The notes beneath the pieces are model-generated. The model was not told the origin of the DNA and did no database searches. It saw only the letters and a program-made list of their open reading frames with translations. From Octopus bimaculoides (taxonomy: Eukaryota), in NCBI RefSeq assembly GCF_001194135.2, contig NC_068983.1, positions 145,291,258 through 145,354,948 of the forward strand: a DNA stretch of 63,691 nt, in the 5' to 3' direction. The position numbers were made by a program, and so were the translations under genes. Below are positions 12,028-22,670 of this stretch, piece after piece. Each line of letters opens with the position of its first letter. Within the stretch, counting starts at the first letter, position 1.

Positions 12028-15000
12028 GTTTTTTTTTTTTTATTAGTTTCTACACTTAACCAACCACCCAACTTAACACCACTGTCTGGCTCTTTGTAAA
12101 CCTTAGCAAATTCATTGTTGCAAGGTGAGCATCAACTACATCATCTTCATCAGTCTGCGAGGCCCTACAAAGGATAAGGACTCTGTTGCACCTCACTTGA
12201 CTTATAAAAAATAATGTATAACATCCTATTTACAAAGTAATTCTAAGGATGAGTGTTTGCAGGCAATAAACCAAATTAACTAGGTTTTTTTTTTTTTATA
12301 AAAATGTATATATTTGTTTCTGTATAATAAAACAGAAAGTTTTGGTGTATTTCTTTGACAAGGTACAAAGTCTATATTTACAATGATTTAGATAACATTG
12401 ATTGCATTTAACCCTGTATATTACTGGTACTTATTTCCTTGTTTAAGAAGGGGTGGATGGCTACACAGTGATGTGCTCCAGCATGTCTGCCAATCACTTC
12501 TCAGATAAATCTAAAATGTTAAAATATATCTAAAGAGATCAGTATCAATGTTACCTATATAGAAATGATTATTCTCACATTGATATTGCTCATGTCAGCT
12601 GGAGTAATGTGAATGCCATTGGTAGAAACTAATAATACATATCCACAATACACAACAGAAATAACATAGAAAACTGTTAGCAGATTTATGATCAAAGATG
12701 TTCGGTTATGACCAACTTAACTTTTTCTCAAACAAAGTGTATTTAAGATTATATTATCCAATATGTACTTCCAATTTTTAAAACAGTAAGATGTGATTTG
12801 AGGAAAATTTCATTTATTTCTATGAGCTCATTTTGTAACAGTTTAAAAGTTCTAGTGAAGCCACTAATCTATAATATCAAAAACAATCAGAACTCTAATA
12901 TGTAAAAACTAAGGAAGTTTTTTGCCAATATCAAATTCTATAAAAATAAAAAAAATTTTCAACATAAAAGTGTAATATAATAATAAATAAAAAAAAGAAA
13001 CCAGAAAAAGTATTCATTGAAATAAAATACACTTTTTTTTTTCTCAAAATGACCCATTGCCTCAGATTGAGGCAAGAGAAATCTGAACTAGAATTTAAAA
13101 ATGAAAACATATCTTACTTTATTACATATAAATCAAGAATAATTGAATTTTGAAAACATTTAGAGCATATTGATATAAAACTATTTCAATATCAACAGAC
13201 AAGCACATCAGTTGTCAGCATTAATTGCTAATGATGTGGAGAACAACAGTGATCTTAAACAACATAGAGCATAATAGCTTGGCAAAATCATGTTGGCCAT
13301 TTAAAGAAACATTACATATATTTCTTCATCTTAAACTTTTACAAGCCAAATAAATGCAACAGCAAAAAAAGACTACATTTCTTCAATTATACAATAATAT
13401 TGTATATATATATATATTATCATACATTCAAAAGAGAAACATTTATTGTATGAAAAATAATTATGATCCTGGATCTCTAAGCTAAAAAATTCAGTCTCAC
13501 TGAATAATGTCTCATGCAAAAATTATGTACAAATATTAAATCAATTTTACTTTAAACTAATTAATAGGTATATTGCTACAAACACAAATTGAACAACTTA
13601 ATAAACATAAAATTTCCATCTTACAACCACCACCTTAACTTCTGCTTAGTGAAATAACAGTAAACAGGATTCAAAAACAATTGCAGTTTTACGTCTAAGA
13701 TTTCATCCCAAGTTATTCATAAACTATTATTATTGCCCCTCGGTTTCAACATCATATATTATTAAGTACAATTCAGCACATACAGGAAACAGTTTGGCAC
13801 ATTATTTATTCAGGATGTTATAAACAATTCTGAGATACATATTTTTAATAGTAAATGTTCTAAAAGCTAAGCCCTAATTTTCTAATTTTAAGAAAAACGT
13901 TTGTTTTTTTTTTTTTGTTTTTTTAATAAAACCTGGAATTACTGAATTTTCATATATAATAAATATCAAATATTAGTTTTTTTTTAAAAAAATTTTTTCA
14001 GTAAGTAATTTTAATGAAATGACCAAGCAGTGACTAAAATAACTGTACTGCCACCGCAATTCTGTTTTGTCTAAGTCTAATGCTAATTTTACTCAAAGGG
14101 AAACAACTCTTCACATAATAAACTCTTGGCATACGACAACGAAAAATGTTTTTTCTTCTCTAAGGTAACTAGCTTGCAGACGTTAGAAACTAGTCAAAAC
14201 ATTTGTTAATATGCAGGTGATATGTGAAAGCATTAGACAATAATTGGATATATGGGTTGGAGGTAGGGCACATGCATTTCAATGCTGCTGTTAGAATAAG
14301 CTCGTACATTTTGGGGTACTGATCACAATGATCTGAAGGGTCAGAAGGTCAAATGGGCTGAGTGATACAAGTGTAAGACTGAACGACAACAATAATAACA
14401 TCTAACATAAGTAAATGGCCACACATTTTAGGTAGGGTAGGGTAGAGTTAAATAAACTGATTCCCAGTACTTGAGTAGTACTTTATTGACTCCAGAAGTT
14501 AAAAAACAGATAAAGTCAAACTCAATAACATTTGAATTAGTGATGTAAATGGATGTAACTATCACAAACCATTTCCTTTGGCACTCTACCAAACCATCCT
14601 ACCAAGAATACATAAAGTTGTCAAACACAATTCTTACAGGGAGGGTCTTTTTTCACTATGTTCTATGTAATGACAAGCTCATTGTTTTCTAAATAATTTT
14701 CTGGCTTAACAACAAACCTACTAGTACCTAAAAAAGAACATACTTTTTAAAGTTCATGTCTGTCTCAACTATACAAGAAGCCTAAATGAAATAGAATGTC
14801 TTTAATCAGGAAGCCCAACAGGTTCAGTTTGCCAGAAGCTTCTCATTCTACGAACATTGCACACAGTCTATTTCTACAGCTACAGAAGTATTTATATTGA
14901 AGCTGTCTCTCTATTGCTCAAAATGTTACTACATAGCACCCACATTTCTTAAAAGCTTTAAAGATGTTTTAAGCTCTTGATTTAGAGAAAAAAAAATGGC

Positions 15001-15823
15001 CAGTTAGGAATGCTACAATTCCTCACAAATCTCAGAACCAAAATATAACTGATTAGGGCTACACATTATAATCAAGATCTTATCCTGGGCCCTTCAACAT
15101 CCTTGAAGCTGTACAGTAACACTTCAGACTTTATTTTATTTTGAGAACTAGCAGAATCCATCCATCTCCAAGTCTAAGCAAACAGTGAATTTCTTCTAGA
15201 AAACAGAACGATTGATGGACAGAAAGTGATAAGAGAAGAACCAACCACAATACAGGACTAGTACTCTGTCAGCCCTAAAAGGATAAAGGACAAAGTTGAC
15301 CTCAGAGCATAGAGAGTCGAAAGGATTACTGCAAAGTAATCTCCTCAATGCACTAATGATTCTGACAATTGGTTGCATTGTCACTAACAATAATTAATAG
15401 TAGAGAGAGAGAGAAAAAAAACAGTTAAAATAAAAGAAATTACGAAGGTATTTTACACAGCTCAATTTAGTTGCTAAAACTGATATTTCCCAGATCTGCC
15501 TACAGCAGAACCAAACTGGCAAGAAACTTAAACTTTAGTTCATTCAACTGTTGTCATACACTTTATCAGGGTCTTCATTAAATACTTTGTTATTTAGGTG
15601 AAACATCTAAAACTATTTTATTTTAATAAATATAATTTCTTGGCAAAATACAAATTTGTCTTGTGATCTATTGTAATTATTTATTCAAGATCTAAGTTTG
15701 AGAAAACCACCCACAACTTTATCTATTATTCCTTATCAAACCACAGTCATACACTTGACACCACTCAGTGGCCAATATGACCAACTGTATATCAGATGCT
15801 GTCATCAAGTACATGACCATTAC

Positions 15824-15850
15824 CTCCATAAAAAGAATCTCCAAGTTTTT
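15824..15850 (-). CDS. Candidate 27-nt alternative microexon (EKLGDSFYG) in SERINC intron 10
   Basis: TTTACAG acceptor preceded by about 100 nt of U-rich sequence, GAG|GTAATG donor, phase 1/1, open frame. Confidence 0.5.
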
Positions 15851-16147
15851 CTGTAAATATTAAGAACACCAGAATATGAAGCATATTAAGATGATATAGA
15901 TAGAAGATTAAAAGAAAGAAAAACAAAACAAAACAAACAGAACTAAAACAATAAATGAAATGAAAGGAGGAAAAACTGTGTTAGTGTCAATAATAAAACG
16001 AAAACAGAAAAAAAAAAAAATAAAGACAGCAGTTGATGAGTACAACATGATATCCATTTTGATATAATATCACAAATACAAGAGCAACAATCGAACTGTT
16101 GTAAGAACTGTGCAAGCAAAAAGCAATAAGAAGTGCAGCTGACATAC

Positions 16148-16177
16148 CAGTGTCATTTAGAAGTATGGCCTCTGTGG
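16148..16177 (-). CDS. Candidate 24/30-nt alternative microexon ((AT)EAILLNDT) in SERINC intron 10
   Basis: TTTCTCTTTCTTACCTGCTGCCCTTGTAG|CCACAG| tandem acceptors (exon starts 16177 or 16171), CTG|GTATGT donor. Both forms are in frame, phase 1/1. Confidence 0.6.
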
Positions 16178-16579
16178 CTACAAGGGCAGCAGGTAAGAAA
16201 GAGAAATCTCACAGTTAAACATCCAGACAATAAAGGACAGATTGTTGTGCATTGTGCCAATGCACATCAAACTCTCCAGGCATCACCAATCATATTAGAT
16301 CTAGCATTGTCCTGGGGACATTGGGGGCACACACACATATACATACATACATATATATACACATACATATGTATACATATCTATACACATACATTCATGT
16401 ATACATATCTATACACATACATTCATATGTACACAAATGTACATACATATACATGTGTGTACATATACACACATACTTATATACACACACATACATACAT
16501 AAATATACGTGTATAATAGATGTATATATACATATATATACACGTGTATAATATATATAATATATGTGTATAATACATA

Positions 16580-16633
<54 letters not shown>

Positions 16634-17499
16634 GCCACAGGTGAATCCTAGTATTACATATGTATATGATAGCATTGCTATCAGAACTAATCAAAGATGT
16701 AGCACTGCACAGATATAGCTCTTAGTTTGCTCCCTGTAATATTTTGAAATCATGTCAATATACTCAGTATATAACTCAGGACAATGCTAGAATTTGTTTT
16801 ACAATAATAATAATAATAATAATTATTAATAAAATAATAATAATAATGACCAATCTCTGACAAGCTTTCTGCAAAGTAATATAAATGATTAGTATCATGT
16901 CAGATATAATGTTAACAGTCATCAAACGCTTACCTGAAGATATGTGTAAATGTGTTATGCTTTAGAATCAGATCTTCATTTTTAGTTTCATTACTGACAT
17001 TTTCTACTGAATATTTTAATTAATTATAATTAGCAAGCTAATGAAATTCTAATTTAGTGGTAACTTCTACAGGTGTTTCTTACATGAGTGGCATATATAA
17101 TGTAGGCTAAAAGTCTGATAATGAATACATGCCCACTACACTGGGAGACATGCAACATCCAAATAGGGAAGTTATATGTGTTTGGTTTATTAAATATATT
17201 TCTACACCTTTACAAACAAGTTCAGTAGAGTTAAGATGTTGTGTGTAATTATATAACTAAATGTTATTAAGATACTAGAAATAAAGTAGAAATACATAAA
17301 CTGAAAGCTAGAATTGAGAAACTGAAGAATCAAGAGGTGATGATGAGGGAGGTCACATGAAAAAATGTAAAATGATGAGTCGGCAAAGCAACTGATTTTG
17401 AAAGTATATGAAATTTCTCAGACAAATGAAATGTATAAATACTATTTTGTGTGAGGTGTGTAGTGGAGGGCAAAAGAGATTCTTAACTTATGCTGCAAA

Positions 17500-19490
17500 A
17501 ATCTCTCAGAAAACCATACTGGTGACATGATGAAATGTATCCAGTCCATATGATAAAGTGGTTGATGCTAGGAGGGCTATTAAGCTTTAACAAAACCAAA
17601 TAAACATAACAGCAAAGATTGGCACTTTCCTCTGTTGGTGGTGCATTTGCCAGATGATGAAGAAGCATAACAAGAAGCAAAAGTAGTAAGAAAAATGAGT
17701 GTGTCGGAGACAACCCTAACAATGTCAGCCCCATCCACAACAATGACAAGAAGTAAAATATTGAGTAACCTGTCCAACTCATCTCAGAATGGATAAGTTA
17801 AAAATAAATGCAAACCGGTGATAATAATTATCTATAGACATGAAAAGTGAGCTTTGGGGAAATATACCAAAAAGGTTCATGGCATGAATTTAAATTATTT
17901 AGATAAGCGGGTAGTGATGTACTGAATGATATACAAACAATAAAAATTCTTAATGAATTGAGATATGCTTTGCAGCAGGAAAAACATACACCTAGTGGTA
18001 ATTGTTAGCAATTTCAAAAATATTACAAAACTAATTTCACAAAAAATTTCATTTATTATTCTTAGAAGGAGAAAGCTCAACTCTGTTAGTAAAGACTTCA
18101 ACCATATTAATCTTATCATCTCCAAGAGGTTGCAATGGTCATGAATACTTCACCTTACTCCTAACAAAGCCATATAAAATAAATTAAAGCAGTCTTGGGA
18201 GGCAGAGTCTTTTCTACTAATTGGAAAAAAAACAAGTGGAGATGTTACAGCATTAATATTGATAGGGACTAAACTCGTGGTCAATGCAGAAACTGGGGAT
18301 AGACAAGTGGTTGGTAAGAGTTGTACAGAGATGTTGTCAGTAAGGTGAGGGTTGGCAATGAAGTAGGGCTTCACCAAGGATGAGTCCTCATCCCCCTCTT
18401 ATTCATTATAGTCCTCCAGGCAATAACAAAGGAATTTAAGACAGGCTGCCTCTGGGAGCTCCTCTATGTGGATGACCTTGCTCTAATAGCTGAGTCACTG
18501 CCAGAACTAGAGACAAAGTCTAGGCTGTGGAAGCAAAGTCTAGAATCGAGGGGCCTTAGGGTTAACCTAGCAAAAACCAAAGTCTTAGTAAGTAGGAAGA
18601 CTGACAAATCACAAATCCCCTCAGGTAGATGACTCTGCTTGATCTGTAGAAAAGGCATGGGTAGACACTCCATACAATGTACCCAGTGTAAACTCTGCAC
18701 ACATAAAAGGTGCAGCAATATCAAAGGAAGGTTAACCAGGAAGATAGTTTTGTGAGTGGCAGATGCACAGGGGCAATAAACACTGAGAATGTACAGCAAA
18801 CAGATTCCATCAAATGCCAGGGGGAAAAACTAGAAGCAGTTAATAGCTTCCACTACCTAGGTGAAAGAGTCTGTAGTGGGGTGATTGCTCTGAGAGTGTA
18901 GTGGCCAGAATAAGAACAGTCTGGGCAAAGTTCAGAGAGCTCCTACCTCTACTGGCAACTAAGGGCCTCTCAACTAAGGTGGTGAAGCATGACCTTCGAA
19001 CATTGGGCCTCACAGAGGCAATGACAGAAGACTGAGACCTTTGGAGATATGCTGTGATTGAGAAGACCCAGCAAATAAAGTGAGATTGCAGCCATGGCTG
19101 ATACCAGTGTTGCCCATTTAAGTCCTGCCCATTTAAGAGTACCCTTGAGAAGATCTGTTGAGTCAAATAAAACCAAAATCGTAGCTGTGGCCAGTGCCCC
19201 CTAACCGACTCTCATGCCAGTTTTGTTAAGGTTTTTACAGTTAGTGCCCTTCCAAATACCAACCACATTACAGTGTGGACTAGATGCTTTTTATGTGGCA
19301 CCAGGACTGGCAGGGTCACCAAATAACTTGCAAGACAAACAAGACAAAGATCCTTTGAGAAGAGAGGGGGAATTGGAGGAGACGATCTTCCAGCTGATGA
19401 AAGGTTAGAGTGTGACAAAGAGACAAAAATGAAACAGGGGTCTCGCTGTAGAGGAGATACATGGTTACCTGGTCAAAGAGAGAGAGAGGA
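17500..19490 (+). mobile_element. Degenerate RTE LINE with RT core (HQG..L.PLLF, YVDD), PHD-like Cys/His insert and 3' UTR
   Basis: From about 18280 the frame reads KLGIDKWLVRVVQ...VGLHQG*VLIPLLFIIVLQAITKEFKTGCLWELLYVDDLALIAE...KTKVL (YVDD at 18465-18476), with stops, frameshifts and an internal deletion near 18970. The 5' boundary is approximate. Confidence 0.85.
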
Positions 19491-19499
19491 GACATCTCT

Positions 19500-20600
19500 A
19501 CATTGGAGGTTATCCATAAGATTTAGAAAAGTAAAATGAATTTTCTACTTACAAAAGCCCTTTCATGTTGCTTATCAGAGAATGATCATTAACTGATGCA
19601 GTAAAAATCCATATTGATAGAACCACTGATATAATTAATGAACAACAGTTTAATATGAAAGACAACAAGAAATGGATATTTGTACTACCTGAACATAAGT
19701 GAACAGATTTTTGAGATATTAATAAATGAAAGAGGTAGGATCAGTGCCCATGGATTTTTGTTGGCCCTCCCTGACTATTGAAATCAATGGTATTCACTTA
19801 CAACTTTTGTAGGTCAACATCTGCAGGAGAAAAGTGGACCAGGGGTGGAGGGCAGAGGTCCACAGTTTAGTGATATAATGCTTAAGCAAGTATTTAACAT
19901 AAGATCTTCAAGGCATTGAGGCATATTAGGGACAACAAGAGATGATGGATGCATCAGGTAGGGTTTTCATGGCTGTAGTATTAGTATAAGCTTAGATTAA
20001 CGAGAGAGGTTATTGTAGCCATAGTAGAAAATGCAGAGAGAAAAGATAGTGTATTTGTGAGAAAGCTATTGTAGAGCATTACTGATTTTGCCAACCTGCA
20101 AAATGGTGTTCTTTCAGATGCAATTTAGGATGGATATTTGAATATTTGGTAGCAGTTACAGACAAGATATATGCAAATATTCTTATGCAGGTTGTATCTA
20201 ACATTTACAGTACAACTGATCAGAGTTGAAAAAGAAATCTAGTCTTCAATATACAGAGTTCCATTACATTTTGTGAATTCATCACAAAAATTGACTGAGA
20301 TTGTGAGGTCTAGCAGTTATAAAAATTGAGGGATTTAGCTTTAGCTGTGTGTTGAAATATGAGGAAAATGTGACAGAAATTTGGTGCTGTTGATGGGAGT
20401 ATGTATGTCATGGCATCACTGATAAATGTTTTCAAGTGCTTTGCCCATGACAACTGTGCTGATTGACAAATGAAAGGTAGGTCTTCGACTTAACTGAGTG
20501 AGGTGCCAGAGTTGGTAGTTTAATAGAGTGAATAGCTGTTGAGACAAACACAGTGCAGCCAGAGGTCAAGTTTTAGATCCAGGCAAATAATTTAGAACTA
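19500..20600 (-). mobile_element. Possible very old CR1/L2-type LINE remnant
   Basis: Only faint RT-like peptide traces near 19700-19760; no intact frame. Confidence 0.3.
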
Positions 20601-22649
20601 AGACTATATGAAGGAAGTTTGATAAAGAAAAGAAATCTATCATGATAACAATTGAAACAGAAGTTTCCAAAGAAGGTTACTAAGATACCCAAAAACAAGT
20701 TCAATTCTCATATAACCAGAAAACTCCAGCAAATTAAAATTAATTGAAAGTAAGCGACCAATAACTCAAATTTGAAATGTTAATTTATAAAATTAGTAAA
20801 AATTTTAATAAATTATGTATTAAAACAAAAAAGTACATACAAAATTAAATCAAATCAAATCAAATACAGAAAATTAAATTATTGGTGCAGTAATGAGTGT
20901 TCAAACACAAAAGAAACAGAAAGATGTATAAGAAAGCATTATTCCTATAACTTCTAATTAGAAATGGAGATATATGCTGAATGATTTCATCATAAAAGCA
21001 GAAAAAATGCAACTAATTAGGCATGCAGTATTAACATAAATCAAAAATCTTGTATAAATTACTTTGAAAACAAAGACTAAATTTCAAATTTTCTAATTGA
21101 AATAAAACATTAACATTTGAAAAGATTTAAGTAACTTTAATGCTTTGTTTTATTCAAATGTTAGACAATCAAACACAAAATATCCAATTCTATTTTCCGA
21201 CACTAGCTAGTACCAACATCATCCACCACCACTCTCTCTCCCCCTCTCTTACTAGTGATTCTTCATTAGTCATTCTTCAACAACTACACTGAAATCTATG
21301 CTTTGCTAATGAGGTTCTAATAAGACTGAATAAAGAACAGTTGTATAAATACTTACTGTAATAATTAAAATAATATTACTTATTGACCAGCATAATTTTT
21401 TTTTTTCTTCATCAAATAATTATTTCTCATTAAATCTTTAATACCCACTACATTAAATATGTTAACACTATCTTAAAACATTCAGTGACTATCATGAATT
21501 TAGATTACTAAGATTCTGTGAAGATATTCAAGCACCATTTTTTCTTTTTATTTTGCTTATGTTTGTTTTCTGCTGTTCCTATCTTTTTCCTTCCGAAAAC
21601 CCATTACCTATTTAAACAAGAGAACTGTACACACGAAAATTTCAAAGACAATAATCCTATCAAATAAGTGCCTACACACAATAAATGCCTATATCCAATT
21701 TTCTATGATGGAAATTAAAAACAGAAAGGAATGAAAAAAAATTTAACAAAGAAAATTATCAATGCCAGGCCCGCCTAACTGGCTCCTGTGCTGGTGGCAT
21801 GTAAAAAGCACCCACTACATGCTCAGAGTGGCCAGCACTAGGAAGGGCATTCAGCTGTAGAAACATTGCCAGATCAGAATGGAGCCTGGTGCATCCGCAG
21901 GCTCTCCAGGCCTCAGTCAAACCGTCCAACCCTAGCCAGCATGGAAAACAGACGTATGATGACGATGATAATAAAAATTGTATTTCTTTTTGTTTCTAGT
22001 TGGAGAAAAAAATAACCAACTTTTGAAAAATATATCAATATTATTCTTTCAAAAGAAACCTCTCCAAATTTCACCTCAAAATTACTACAAATACTCTATA
22101 CACATTCTACCTCAAACAGGTATATACAATGACCTGTCTTTTAACCTACTCACAGCGAGCTATCTCTATATACACTAACCTGCATCTTTTTGCAGCACAG
22201 TACTGCAATCCCAGCAAAGAGTAATCCTGTCTTACTTAATTGTCCCACAATGAAGGGTACACCTCACTATTGTATGGTGCACAAGGCATTATATATTTGA
22301 CAAATGTTTCATGGAGCTTAACTCATCACTAGGTATGACAGCAACGAAATGTCACATAGCAGTACCTGGTTAATATCTCAGTTTAAATAACCAAAAATAC
22401 GAATGTGAGTGATGTATATTTCTTTTCCCATCTTACTTCCTCTGGTAGCATGCTCCACTGAGTAGTTATGCATAAGTGTTACACATTTTGATTTTTACTT
22501 TGAGCGGTACAGTGAATGTTGTCATTCGAAATAAAATTAAGGACTATGTTTCTTTCTTTCTTTCTGCAAAAGTCTACAGCAATTACTCACCTCCACCCTT
22601 GATTCAATATCATTAAATTAGAAATTATTCATTAATTTAAAAAACTTAC

Positions 22650-22670
22650 AGACAGAAATAGACCACAATG
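22650..22670 (-). CDS. Candidate 21-nt alternative microexon (ALWSISV) in SERINC intron 10
   Basis: CCCCTCTTTTCCTTAG acceptor, GTAAGT donor, symmetric phase 1/1, no stop within the exon; TACTAAC 73 nt upstream. No transcript evidence. Confidence 0.45.

Noticed and set aside
12060-12164. Short acidic open frame ASQTDEDDVVDAHLATMNLL after a TTTGTAG acceptor
   Set aside because: It reads in phase 2, incompatible with the phase-1 intron, and has no good donor. Probably a repeat remnant or chance.
16934-17006. Exon-like unit with strong CAG|GTAAGC donor
   Set aside because: Available acceptors give 73 or 70 nt (frameshift) or 60 nt with an in-frame TGA, and the pyrimidine tract is poor. At most a poison exon.
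19553-19570. 18-nt AG...GTAAGT unit
   Set aside because: In-frame TGA and a weak acceptor.
22150-22230. Several overlapping splice-like signals (GTGAGT, GTTAGT)
   Set aside because: Combinations with good acceptors give 23, 47 or 49 nt. The in-frame 12- and 21-nt options lack a pyrimidine tract.
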